Assembly (NCBI GenBank): GCA_046757965.1
Contig: JBHHZI010000005.1
Location: forward strand, 1 to 52,406
Direction of reading: 5' to 3'
Source of the DNA: Acidobacteriota bacterium
Lineage (GTDB): Bacteria; Acidobacteriota; Polarisedimenticolia; SMYD01
DNA length: 52,406 nucleotides
Program-made: the position numbers and the translations under genes
Shown: positions 9,876 through 21,084 of the stretch, piece by piece
How positions within the stretch are numbered: position 1 is the first letter of the stretch
Layout of the letters: each line of letters opens with the position of its first letter
Notes under the pieces: model-generated
The model's database searches: none
What the model was told of the DNA's origin: nothing
Seen by the model: only the letters and a program-made list of their open reading frames with translations

Positions 9876-11042
9876 TCAGGCGCCGGCTCCAGGCGGCGTG
9901 CCGCCCTCTTCAAGATACCTCGCATACGGCACCGCCGCGCCGCTCCGGATGATATAGATGGTCGGCACCGCCACCACGTCCCCGCCCGCGTTGCCGAAGA
10001 CGATGTTCCCGGTGACACCGGTGTACTCGGTGGCCGGGCTGCGCAGAGCCAGCAGCATGTCCCGGGAGTCCAGGTGGCCCTGCCGCATCACCTGAGTCAG
10101 CAGGCGGACCGCGTCATATCCATAGGCCGCATAGTTGCCCGGCGCGCGCCCGTAACGGGCCATGAACGTGGTCGTGAAGCGCCGGGCCTCGTCGAGGTTG
10201 CCGGTGGCGCGAAAATCAGGTCGGCTGAAGACGACTCCCTCGGCGGCCACACCAGCCCGGGCCGGAAACTCATCAGTGATGGAACCCGAGCAGAAGATCG
10301 GAACCGCAACACCTGCCTTGCGAAGGGCACGGGTCACGTCTGCGACCATCTGGTCGTAACCGATCAGATAGATGGCATCCGGCGTCAGCCCGGCGGTATC
10401 GTCGACCATGTCCGAGAAATCACTCTGCGCCACACCGACGTTGAACACCTTCAGCACCTCCCGGTTCTTCTTGCGGCGGAACCGGTCGAGCAAGGCCTTC
10501 TTGTAGCCCGCTCCGTACTCGTCATGCACGGCAAAGACCACCAGCGTGTGCAGATGGAGCTCGCTGGTCATCAGTTCCGCCATCCGGCCACCCTCCACCA
10601 CGTCGGATGGATGAACGCGAAAGAAGTAGACGGATCGGCCGGTGAGGGCGGGCGAACTGGCGGCCGGGGAGAGCAGGATCACCCGGGCCGGATCGGTCAC
10701 CTCGGCGAGAATCTTCCTGGTGACGCTGCTCGACACCGCGCCGATGATCGAGGCAACATGATCGTCGTCGACCAGCTGGTGGGCCGCCGCCACCCCGGTG
10801 GCCGGGTCCGTGGCGCTGTCCTTGTAGATCAGGCGCAGAGGCTGGCCGCCCACGCCCCCCTCGTCGTTGATCTGCTGCAGGGCCAGATCCATCCCCTCGC
10901 GGATCATCTTTCCGTAGCTGGCCCCCCGACCGGTGGCCGGCAGGATGACGCCCGTCACCGGTTCGACAGGGCCGCCACACGATCCGAGGGCCAGGGCCAG
11001 GGCGACGCCGGCCGGCAGCAGGACGAGATGGCGGCGTGTCAT
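9876..11042 (-). CDS. Type 1 periplasmic-binding (LivJ/branched-chain amino acid-like) lipoprotein
   Basis: Signal peptide ending LALGSC (lipobox). GVILPATG, IN..GGV.G, AAYGYDAV and GVTG.I.F motifs. RBS GGGAGG before ATG 11042. Confidence 0.85.
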   Translation of the reverse strand: MTRRHLVLLPAGVALALALGSCGGPVEPVTGVILPATGRGASYGKMIREGMDLALQQINDEGGVGGQPLRLIYKDSATDPATGVAAAHQLVDDDHVASIIGAVSSSVTRKILAEVTDPARVILLSPAASSPALTGRSVYFFRVHPSDVVEGGRMAELMTSELHLHTLVVFAVHDEYGAGYKKALLDRFRRKKNREVLKVFNVGVAQSDFSDMVDDTAGLTPDAIYLIGYDQMVADVTRALRKAGVAVPIFCSGSITDEFPARAGVAAEGVVFSRPDFRATGNLDEARRFTTTFMARYGRAPGNYAAYGYDAVRLLTQVMRQGHLDSRDMLLALRSPATEYTGVTGNIVFGNAGGDVVAVPTIYIIRSGAAVPYARYLEEGGTPPGAGA

Positions 11043-11097
11043 CGGGGCCTCCCGTGGGCCTCGCCGGAGCCGGACCGCCCCCAACATATCCCGTGGT

Positions 11098-11508
11098 TCA
11101 GCGCGACCCCGACGTCTCGAGGCGGGCGCGGGCCCGCTCCAGTGCCGCCCGGGCTCGCTCCAGATCGATGGTCGCATCGTCAAGCGCTGCCAGCCGCTTC
11201 TCGGCGCGGCTCATCGACGCCCTGGCCCTCTCCACGTCGATCTCGTGCGCTGCCTCGGCGGTCTCCGCCAGCACCGAGACCCGGTCAGGCAGAATCTCCG
11301 CGAACCCAGAGGAGACGGCGGCCTGGTGTGCGTGCCCGCCCTTGTGCCACCGCAGGACGCCCACGCCCAGACCGGTCATCAGCGGCGTGTGCCCGGGGCG
11401 CACCCCCAGACTGCCCAGCGATCCGGGCAGGACAACCTCGTCCACATCCTCCGCCAGCACCCGGCGGTTCGCAGTCACCACATCCAGCGCGATCTTGTCG
11501 GCTCGCAT
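11098..11508 (-). CDS. atpC: F1 ATP synthase epsilon subunit
   Basis: LPGSLGSLGVRPGHTP, VSSGFAEI and IDVERA motifs; follows atpD. Confidence 0.95.
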   Translation of the reverse strand: MRADKIALDVVTANRRVLAEDVDEVVLPGSLGSLGVRPGHTPLMTGLGVGVLRWHKGGHAHQAAVSSGFAEILPDRVSVLAETAEAAHEIDVERARASMSRAEKRLAALDDATIDLERARAALERARARLETSGSR

Positions 11509-11529
11509 CACGACTCCGTGTCAGGCCGG

Positions 11530-13918
<2,389 letters not shown>

Positions 13919-15454
13919 TCAGCTCACCTTGCGCAGGCTCAGAAACGAGTCCTTGGCCACCTGGATGGCCTGGAGGATCTTCTCGCGCAGCTCGTCAGAG
14001 AGCTTGCCCTTCGTTCCCTCCTCCACGATGGCGGCCAGCAGATCGGAGTAGGAGTTGTCGAACACCTCGTAGAGCTTGGTCTCGAACGGCCCGATCTGCT
14101 CGATATCGAGGTCATCCAGACAGCCTGCCGTCGCCGCCGTGATGATGAGGATCTGCTTCTCGACCGACAGTGGCGAGTACTGATTCTGCTTCAGGATCTC
14201 CACCAGGCGCTTTCCGCGGGCCAGCTGAGCCTGGGTCGTCTTGTCGAGATCGGATCCGAACTGGGCGAACGCGGCGAGCTCGCGGTACTGGGCCAGTTCC
14301 AGACGCAGCGTGCCGGCGACCGCCTTCATCGCCTTGATCTGGGCGTTGCCGCCGACCCGTGACACCGACAGGCCGGCGTTGACGGCCGGCTTGACGCCGG
14401 AGTGAAAAAGGTCCGTCTCGAGAAAGATCTGACCATCGGTGATCGACACGACGTTGGTGGGAATGTAGGTCGAGATATCGCCCGCCTGGGTCTCGATCAC
14501 CGGCAGTGCGGTCAACGAACCCCCGCCCTTCTCGTCACTGAGCATCGCGGCGCGCTCCAGCAGCCGGCTGTGGAGGTAGAACACATCGCCGGGAAACGCC
14601 TCGCGCCCGGGCGGGCGCCGGAGGAGCAGGGAGATCTCACGGTACGCAGCGGCGTGCTTGCTGAGATCGTCATAGATGCACAGGGCGTGACGCCCGTGGT
14701 CGCGGAAGTACTCGCCCATGGCGCAGCCGGCGAACGGCGCCAGGTACTGCAGCGGGGCCGGCTCGGAGGCCGCGGCCGAGACCACGATGGCGCTGTCCAT
14801 GGCGCCGTACTCCTCCAGCGTCTGCACCACGTTGGCCACGGTCGAGGCCTTCTGACCGATGGCGACATAGATACTGATGACGCCGGTCGCCCGCTGGTTG
14901 ATGATGGTGTCCAGCGCCAGCGCCGTCTTGCCGGTCTGGCGGTCGCCGATGATCAGCTCTCGCTGCCCGCGGCCGATGGGAATCATGCCATCGACCGGCT
15001 TCAGACCGGTCTGCAGCGGGATCTTGACCGGCTGGCGATCGACCACGCCGGGAGCGATGCGCTCCACCGGCGCGAATTCATCGGTCTCCACCGGTCCCTT
15101 GCCGTCGATGGGAGTGCCGAGAGGATCCACCACACGGCCGATGAGTGCCTCGCCCACCGGCACCTGCATGATGCGACCCGTTCGCCTGACCTTGTCTCCC
15201 TCGCGGACCCGGAAGAACTCGCCGAGCAGGACGACTCCGACGCTGTCCTCCTCCAGGTTGAGTGCCATGCCGCGCACGCCATCCGGCAGGTCGAGCAGCT
15301 CGCCGTACATGACCTTTTCCAGCCCGTGAACCTGGGCGATGCCGTCACCCACCGAGTCGACGATGCCTTCCTCGGCGATGTCGACCTCGGGCGTGTAACC
15401 CTCGATCTCCTGCCGGAGAATGCGGGTGATCTCTCCTGACTTGATATCCACCAT
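13919..15454 (-). CDS. atpA: F1 ATP synthase alpha subunit
   Basis: [16 protein letters not shown] and [20 protein letters not shown] motifs. ATG 15454 with RBS AGGGGAG. Confidence 0.98.
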   Translation of the reverse strand: MVDIKSGEITRILRQEIEGYTPEVDIAEEGIVDSVGDGIAQVHGLEKVMYGELLDLPDGVRGMALNLEEDSVGVVLLGEFFRVREGDKVRRTGRIMQVPVGEALIGRVVDPLGTPIDGKGPVETDEFAPVERIAPGVVDRQPVKIPLQTGLKPVDGMIPIGRGQRELIIGDRQTGKTALALDTIINQRATGVISIYVAIGQKASTVANVVQTLEEYGAMDSAIVVSAAASEPAPLQYLAPFAGCAMGEYFRDHGRHALCIYDDLSKHAAAYREISLLLRRPPGREAFPGDVFYLHSRLLERAAMLSDEKGGGSLTALPVIETQAGDISTYIPTNVVSITDGQIFLETDLFHSGVKPAVNAGLSVSRVGGNAQIKAMKAVAGTLRLELAQYRELAAFAQFGSDLDKTTQAQLARGKRLVEILKQNQYSPLSVEKQILIITAATAGCLDDLDIEQIGPFETKLYEVFDNSYSDLLAAIVEEGTKGKLSDELREKILQAIQVAKDSFLSLRKVS

Positions 15455-15462
15455 GGACGCCG

Positions 15463-16002
15463 TCACTCCCCTTTGAGCCGCCGATGCAGCCGTTCGAATT
15501 GCCCGCGGACACTCCCGTCGAACACCTGTGCCCCCATGCGTGTCACGGCGCCGCCGAGGATGGCGGCATCGACACGGGTGGTCAGCCGGACCGAGTGGCC
15601 GGTGGTCTTCTCCAGCGATTTCCGGTAGGACTCTCTCATCTCGTCGGTCAGCTCCACGGCGGTGGTCATCTCCGCCGCGACGATGTCACGACGCTGATCA
15701 CAGATCTCACCGACCGCCTGGGTCACATCTTCAAGCAGCCCGAGATGATTCGACTCGGCCAGGAGCGCGATGAGCCGCTTCACCACCGGCGTGAAGCCGA
15801 TGGCCGCAAACACCCGCTCGGTGAGTTCCCGCCGGCGGCTGCCCGGCAGGACCGCCGAGCCGATGGTCTGTCGCGCCTCCGGAGTGGCCAGCACATCGCC
15901 GGCAGCACCCAGCTCGGCGTGTGCCGCCACCAGGTCGTCCGCACGGCGCAGGGTCTCAGCCAGGGCGCGCGCGTAGCGCACAGCCAGTGTCCGGTTGGCC
16001 AT
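15463..16002 (-). CDS. atpH: ATP synthase delta subunit
   Basis: RYARAL N-terminus and VD..ILGG....G..VFDGSV C-terminus; first gene of the operon. Confidence 0.93.
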   Translation of the reverse strand: MANRTLAVRYARALAETLRRADDLVAAHAELGAAGDVLATPEARQTIGSAVLPGSRRRELTERVFAAIGFTPVVKRLIALLAESNHLGLLEDVTQAVGEICDQRRDIVAAEMTTAVELTDEMRESYRKSLEKTTGHSVRLTTRVDAAILGGAVTRMGAQVFDGSVRGQFERLHRRLKGE

Positions 16003-16120
16003 CTCGAATCCTCTGCCTGTCTAGTGCATGACGCGCAAGACGTCGCGGCGCGAAGGCGCCGGCCGGATGCCGGATCCGCAGCGGACCGGTCGGACCTCTT
16101 CCCTCCCGATGAGACCGTGC

Positions 16121-16149
16121 AAGCTATCACCACAGGCCGCACCGGTCAA
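16121..16149 (-). promoter_or_regulatory. Putative sigma70 promoter of atpHAGDC
   Basis: TTGACC-N17-TAGCTT with a TG extension (TGa-TAGCTT), in the bactofilin-atpH spacer. Confidence 0.65.
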
Positions 16150-16165
16150 GGTAAGTGGCCGTCTC

Positions 16166-16609
16166 TTAAGGGTCTTGCCGGCCTGTCTCGAGGCCGGGGG
16201 CGCGGCCGGAGGGGTCGCCGTCGGCTCGCGTGGCCGGTCCATCGTCGTCGCCCGGCGCGGGGATCATGAACAGTTCTCCGTCGAACACCCCCCCCTTGGA
16301 GATCTGCACCGCCGGTGCCGAGGCATAGAGTTCACCCTCGACCCGGGCGCCGGGCAGGATCTCGACGCGATGATCCACCGAGATCTTGCCGGAGACCTTG
16401 CCGTGTACCTCGAGGGAGCCGACGATCACCTCGGCCTCCACCCGACCGGTCTCCCCCACGACCAGATGCTCGTACGACTCCACCCGGCCCTCCAGGTATC
16501 CGTCCACCCGGAGCAGGTCCTTGAAGCGGACCGTGCCGTGAACCTCCATGCCCGGTCCGATGAAGCCGTTCATCTCGATGGGCGCTGGCGCCCTCTTCTT
16601 CACCGCCAT
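16166..16609 (-). CDS. Bactofilin (polymer-forming cytoskeletal protein)
   Basis: FIGPGMEVHG.V.F...LRVDG.LEG, LVVGETGRVEAEV, V.GKV.G.I and I.KGGVFDG beta-helix repeats. ATG 16609 with RBS GAAAGG. Confidence 0.88.
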   Translation of the reverse strand: MAVKKRAPAPIEMNGFIGPGMEVHGTVRFKDLLRVDGYLEGRVESYEHLVVGETGRVEAEVIVGSLEVHGKVSGKISVDHRVEILPGARVEGELYASAPAVQISKGGVFDGELFMIPAPGDDDGPATRADGDPSGRAPGLETGRQDP

Positions 16610-16622
16610 CAATCTGCCTTTC

Positions 16623-17573
16623 TCAGCCGGTGCTCTTGGCCGTCTCGACGCTCCCGCCTGGCAGCGGGACATGATGCACGCGCGCTGCCGGCGGCGGCGT
16701 GGCCGCGCGCGCCGCTGATTCGAGGACCTCGAACAGGCGCTGCAGCTCCTCGGCGCCGGAAAACGCGATCTCGATCCGCCCGCGCGAGGGCCGGCCGCGG
16801 ATCGCCACAGGGGTCCCCAGGGCCGCCTTGAGCCGCTCCTGGGCATCCTTGACGTTCGGATCGTCCTGCCAGCGGCGGCGGCCTGACCGGTGGGCCGCCG
16901 GGGACGACCCGCGCCCGCCGGTCCGGGCCACCCACGCTTCCGTCTGGCGCACCGTGAGCGAGCGCTCGACGACCTGCCGCGCCATCTTCGCCTGCTCCCC
17001 ACGGTCGGCGACGCCGGCCAGCGCCTTGGCGTGACCGGCGCTGAGCCGTCCCTCTCCCACCAGCTCGCGAACGTCCTTACATAACTCCATTATTCGCAAC
17101 AGGTTGGATATATATGGCCGACTCTTACCCAGGCGCTTCGCCAGGGCGTCATGGGAGAGCGCGAACCGTTCGACCAGCAGCTGGCAGGCCCGCGCCTCCT
17201 CGAGAGGATTCAGATCCTCGCGCTGCACGTTCTCGATGAGCGCCACCTCCACGCGCTGCCGATCGTCCATCTCCCGCACCACCACCGGAATCTCGTCGAG
17301 CCCGGCCGCCACCGCCGCCCGCCACCGCCGTTCGCCCACCACCAGCTCGTAGCGTGCCCCGCTGCGGCGCACGATCACGGGCTGCAAGACACCGTGCAGC
17401 TTGACGGAGCGCTCCAGTTCGACCGCCGCCTCATCGACGAAGCGCTTGCGCGGCTGCTCTGGATTGGGGTCGATCAGCCCGGGATCGAGACGCTGGACGC
17501 CGACACTCGAGCCGGCAGGGGGCTCGGGAATCAGGGATGCGAGTCCCCTACCGAGCGCTTTTCGTCTGGTCAT
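16623..17573 (-). CDS. parB: Chromosome partitioning protein ParB
   Basis: ALGRGLASLI ParA-interacting peptide, GVLQP, GERRWRA arginine patch, ENVQREDL and HTH GKSRPYISNLLR. Confidence 0.96.
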   Translation of the reverse strand: MTRRKALGRGLASLIPEPPAGSSVGVQRLDPGLIDPNPEQPRKRFVDEAAVELERSVKLHGVLQPVIVRRSGARYELVVGERRWRAAVAAGLDEIPVVVREMDDRQRVEVALIENVQREDLNPLEEARACQLLVERFALSHDALAKRLGKSRPYISNLLRIMELCKDVRELVGEGRLSAGHAKALAGVADRGEQAKMARQVVERSLTVRQTEAWVARTGGRGSSPAAHRSGRRRWQDDPNVKDAQERLKAALGTPVAIRGRPSRGRIEIAFSGAEELQRLFEVLESAARAATPPPAARVHHVPLPGGSVETAKSTG

Positions 17574-18357
17574 GGCCTAGCACCTCCGCCGCCAGGGCCA
17601 GATACGCTTCGGCCCCGCGGGATCGGATGTCATACAGCATGATCGGCTTGCCGAAGCTGGGCGCCTCGCCGAGCCGCACGTTGCGGGGAATCACCGTCTT
17701 GAAGACCTGGGTGGTGAAATGGGTCCGGATCTCCTCGGCCACCTGGCGCGACAGGCCGGTCCGGTCGTCATACATGGTCAGCAGGACACCTTCCAGCCGC
17801 AGCCGCGGGTTGAGACTGGCCCGCACCCGCTCGACCGTGCCGATCATCTCCGAGATGCCCTCCAGGGCCAGATACTCGCACTGCACCGGGATCAGCACCG
17901 AGTCGGCGGCGGTCAGACTGTTGACCGTCAGCAACCCCAGTGACGGGGGACAATCGAGCACCACGTAGTCGTACCGGTCACGGACCGGCGACAACCGGGC
18001 CTCCAGGGTGAACTCCCAGCGTGGCTGGCGCGCCAGCTCGATCTCGATGCCCACCAGGTTCCGGGTCGACGGCACCACCGACAGCGGGCCGATGCAGGTC
18101 GACTCCGCCGGCAAGGGACCGGCCGGCGACGCGCTGAGCCAGTCGTAGGTTCCGGCCGAGACCGATCCCTTCTCCACGCCCACACCCTGGGTCGCGTTGG
18201 CCTGGGGATCCATGTCAATGAGCAGGACCTGTCGTTCCGCCAGCGCCAGGGCCGCGCCCAGATTGACCGCGGTCGCGGTCTTGCCGACGCCCCCCTTCTG
18301 ATTGGCAATGGCGATGACCCGGCTCAACTGTCTCCCGGCCGTGTCCGGCCGCGCCAT
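17548..18357 (-). CDS. parA: ParA/Soj chromosome partitioning ATPase
   Basis: NQKGGVGKT deviant Walker A, DMDPQANAT, DCPPSLG, PVQCEYLALEG and RLGEAPSFG. Alternative TTG start at 18327. Confidence 0.96.
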   Translation of the reverse strand: MARPDTAGRQLSRVIAIANQKGGVGKTATAVNLGAALALAERQVLLIDMDPQANATQGVGVEKGSVSAGTYDWLSASPAGPLPAESTCIGPLSVVPSTRNLVGIEIELARQPRWEFTLEARLSPVRDRYDYVVLDCPPSLGLLTVNSLTAADSVLIPVQCEYLALEGISEMIGTVERVRASLNPRLRLEGVLLTMYDDRTGLSRQVAEEIRTHFTTQVFKTVIPRNVRLGEAPSFGKPIMLYDIRSRGAEAYLALAAEVLGHDQTKSAR

Positions 18358-18372
18358 CCCGACCCCGTCGGA

Positions 18373-18388
18373 TGTTCCACGTGGAACA
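18373..18388. promoter_or_regulatory. parS site 1
   Basis: Perfect 16-bp palindrome TGTTCCACGTGGAACA matching the bacterial parS consensus, 15 bp upstream of the parA ATG. Confidence 0.92.
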
Positions 18389-18406
18389 TTTTCCGGCGGT
18401 CAGACA

Positions 18407-18422
18407 TGTTCCACGTGGAACA
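18407..18422. promoter_or_regulatory. parS site 2
   Basis: Second identical TGTTCCACGTGGAACA, directly abutting the rsmG stop codon. Confidence 0.92.
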
Positions 18423-19073
18423 CTACACCATTCGATCGGTCGATTTCCTGCGGCCGGCGTCGAGAACCCGAAGCGATCCCGCCATGGCTCCGGTCCCGAG
18501 CGGCACGCTCGCCACCAGGTGGGCGGCGCCCAGCGGTGTTTCCCGGCTCCCGTCATAGAGGATGGCCCGGCGGACCGCTCCCCGGCCCAGCGCCTCGACG
18601 AGCAGCGGTCCGAGGCCGGTCGCCCGGGTGGTCACCAGGTCCGCCCCGAGCCCGCTCAACTCACCGGCCGAGGCGATCCGCTCGGCATGAACGCCCACCG
18701 CCGTCAATCCCATCTCGAAGGCGGCCTGGCGAAGAAAGGCCGCCTTGCGCCGGGCGGATTCGACCAGCGTCACCGGCAGATCCGGCCAGAAGGCGGCCCA
18801 GACCAGGCCGGGAAAGCCGCCCCCGCTGCCGAGGTCGACGATGGCCCGGGCCGCTCCGAGGAAGTCCAGCGCCGCCACCGACTCCAGGTAATGGCGTGCC
18901 AGGGCCGGCGGGGCCACGTCGGCGTCGGAGACCAGCCCGGCGCGCCGATTCCACCGGCGCAGGAGGGCCGCATGCCGGACCATCCGGTCCAGGATGGCCG
19001 GATCAGGCGACCGGCCGCGAGTCCGGAACTGGCGTTCGATGGCGTGTCGGATGGGCACCAGACGGCTTTCCAC
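18423..19073 (-). CDS. rsmG: 16S rRNA m7G527 methyltransferase RsmG (GidB), divergent
   Basis: RWN, RHYLES, DLGSGGGFPG and ES..RKAAFL motifs; canonical position between mnmG and parA. Start uncertain (GTG 19073 or ATG 18983). Confidence 0.85.
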   Translation of the reverse strand: MESRLVPIRHAIERQFRTRGRSPDPAILDRMVRHAALLRRWNRRAGLVSDADVAPPALARHYLESVAALDFLGAARAIVDLGSGGGFPGLVWAAFWPDLPVTLVESARRKAAFLRQAAFEMGLTAVGVHAERIASAGELSGLGADLVTTRATGLGPLLVEALGRGAVRRAILYDGSRETPLGAAHLVASVPLGTGAMAGSLRVLDAGRRKSTDRMV

Positions 19074-20949
19074 GGCGGAGCGCCACGCGCACCGCCGCCA
19101 GGGCTGCCGGAGTCACCCCGGAGATCCGGCCAGCCTGGCCAAGATTCTCCGGACCGACCCGGGTCAGCTTTTCCACCACCTCGCGGGAGAGACCCCCGAT
19201 GCGCGCATAGTCGATCTCCGCAGGGATGCGTCGTCGCTCGTCCCGGGCCAGGTGGCGCACCTCCCGGATCTGTCGGCGGACATAGCCGGCGTACTTGACA
19301 CGGGCCTCGAGCTGGCGTCTCGCCGACCGGTCCAGGGGCGCCGCCGGATCGAAGCGGCCCGCCGCCTTCTCCTGCCGGCTCAGCGTGGCCAGCACGGCAT
19401 CCACCGCCACACCGGGCCGCTTCAGCAGATCCAGCAGGGTCGTTCCCCGGGCCTTCTCCTGCGCCGCATCCGCGGCGGAGATTCCCTCCGGCGGCCAGTC
19501 GGTCGAGACCCGGGTGGCGCGCAGCGCCGCCAGGGTCGCGGCCATCGCCCGTTTCAGCCGCCTGACGAGAGCGGCCTCTGCGGCCGGCACCAGTCCCAGC
19601 CGCCGGCCATGGCCGGCCAGCCGGAACCGTGCCGAATCGCATCCCAGCAGGAGTCGGTACTCGGCGCGGGAGGTGAACATGCGGTACGGCTCGACGGTCC
19701 CCCGCGTCACCAGGTCGTCGACCAGCACACCGATGTAGGCCTGGTGCCTGCGCAGCCGGAAGGGCGGGCGAGAGGTGACGGCCAGCGCCGCATTGATGCC
19801 GGCCACCAGGCCGAGCGACGCCGCCTCCTCGTAGCCGGTGGTGCCATTGATCTGTCCTGCCAGCCACAGCCGGGGGAGCGCGCGGGTCTGCAGCGTCGTG
19901 TCCAGCTCGGTGGGATCCACGAAGTCGTACTCGATGGCATACCCCGGTCGCGCCACCTCCACCTCCTCGAGTCCCGGGATGACGCGCAGAAAACCGCTCT
20001 GGGTCTCCTCGGGGAGGGACGTGGACAGGCCGTTCGGATAGATCAGGTCGGTGTCGATGCCTTCCGGCTCGAGGAAGATCTGATGCCGCTTTCGGGAGGC
20101 GAAGCGCACCACCTTGTCCTCGATCGACGGACAGTACCGCGGCCCCACCGAGGTGATGGCGCCGCTGAAGAGCGGCGACAGATGTAGCGCCGAGCGGATG
20201 ATGTCGTGGACGCGCGGGTTCGTGTGGGCGATGTGACAGGCCTGCTGGGGGAGGCGGGGAGCGGTGGTGTGGGCATGGAAGAAGATCGGCTCGTCATCGC
20301 CCGGCTGTTCCCGGAAGGCGGACCAGTCGATGGTCTTCCCGTCGAGGCGGGGCGGTGTGCCGGTCTTCAGACGCCCCATGCGCAGCCCCATGGCCTCCAG
20401 GCGACCGGCCAGCGCCACCGTGGGCGCCTCGCCATGCCGGCCGGCGTCCACCTGGACCGAGCCGATGTGGATCCGCCCGCGCAGGAAGGTGCCGGTGGTC
20501 AGGACGACAGCTCTGGCGGAGAGGTGCCGCCCGTCCGCCAGGATCACACCCGCCGCGGCGCTGTTCTCGATGAGGAGGTCCTCGACCCGACCCTCCACGA
20601 CCGTCAGGCCCTGCCGGTCGGCCAGCTCGATCCCCATCTCGCGCTCGTAGATGCGGCGATCCGCCTGGGCGCGAGGGGCGCGCACGGCCGGGCCCTTGGC
20701 GCGGTTCAGCACCCGGAACTGGATCCCCGCCCGGTCGGCCACGCGGCCCATGATGCCGCCCAAAGCATCGATCTCCTTGACGAGGTGCCCCTTCGCCAGG
20801 CCTCCGATGGCCGGGTTGCACGACATCCGGCCCAGGCCGGCGGCGTCGAGCGTGACCAGCGCCGTGCAACAACCCAGGCCGGCCGCCGCCGCGGCTGCCT
20901 CGCAGCCGGCATGGCCGCCGCCCACCACCACGATGTCGAAGTCGTGCAC
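19003..20949 (-). CDS. mnmG: tRNA uridine-5-carboxymethylaminomethyl modification enzyme MnmG (GidA)
   Basis: VVGGGHAGCEAA, MSCNPAIGG, RLKTGTPPR, GPRYCPSIEDK and GQINGTTGYEEAA. GTG 20949 with RBS AGGAG. Confidence 0.97.
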   Translation of the reverse strand: MHDFDIVVVGGGHAGCEAAAAAAGLGCCTALVTLDAAGLGRMSCNPAIGGLAKGHLVKEIDALGGIMGRVADRAGIQFRVLNRAKGPAVRAPRAQADRRIYEREMGIELADRQGLTVVEGRVEDLLIENSAAAGVILADGRHLSARAVVLTTGTFLRGRIHIGSVQVDAGRHGEAPTVALAGRLEAMGLRMGRLKTGTPPRLDGKTIDWSAFREQPGDDEPIFFHAHTTAPRLPQQACHIAHTNPRVHDIIRSALHLSPLFSGAITSVGPRYCPSIEDKVVRFASRKRHQIFLEPEGIDTDLIYPNGLSTSLPEETQSGFLRVIPGLEEVEVARPGYAIEYDFVDPTELDTTLQTRALPRLWLAGQINGTTGYEEAASLGLVAGINAALAVTSRPPFRLRRHQAYIGVLVDDLVTRGTVEPYRMFTSRAEYRLLLGCDSARFRLAGHGRRLGLVPAAEAALVRRLKRAMAATLAALRATRVSTDWPPEGISAADAAQEKARGTTLLDLLKRPGVAVDAVLATLSRQEKAAGRFDPAAPLDRSARRQLEARVKYAGYVRRQIREVRHLARDERRRIPAEIDYARIGGLSREVVEKLTRVGPENLGQAGRISGVTPAALAAVRVALRRGKPSGAHPTRHRTPVPDSRPVA

Positions 20950-21084
20950 CCGCCGTCTCCTGCGCTCCGCCCGCCGCCGCGGGAGACTCATGCTATGCCG
21001 GTGCCGCCCCCGGTGCCAGGGCCCGACCGGCAGCCGAGCCGCCACCGGCGTCGAGCGCGAGGACCCTCGTTCGCGGGCCGCCTC

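Noticed and set aside
16021-16242. 73-aa ORF upstream of atpH as a possible atpF/atpI remnant
   Set aside because: No hydrophobic TM or coiled-coil character; it overlaps the bactofilin end and the atp promoter.
18373-18422. Two identical palindromic repeats with a spacer, resembling a mini-CRISPR
   Set aside because: Only two 16-bp copies with an 18-bp spacer, an exact parS consensus, adjacent to parAB, and no cas genes.
19003-19073. 71-bp mnmG/rsmG overlap as a frameshift or fusion
   Set aside because: Both proteins have their core motifs. The overlap is explained by a low-complexity MnmG tail or a later rsmG start (ATG 18983).
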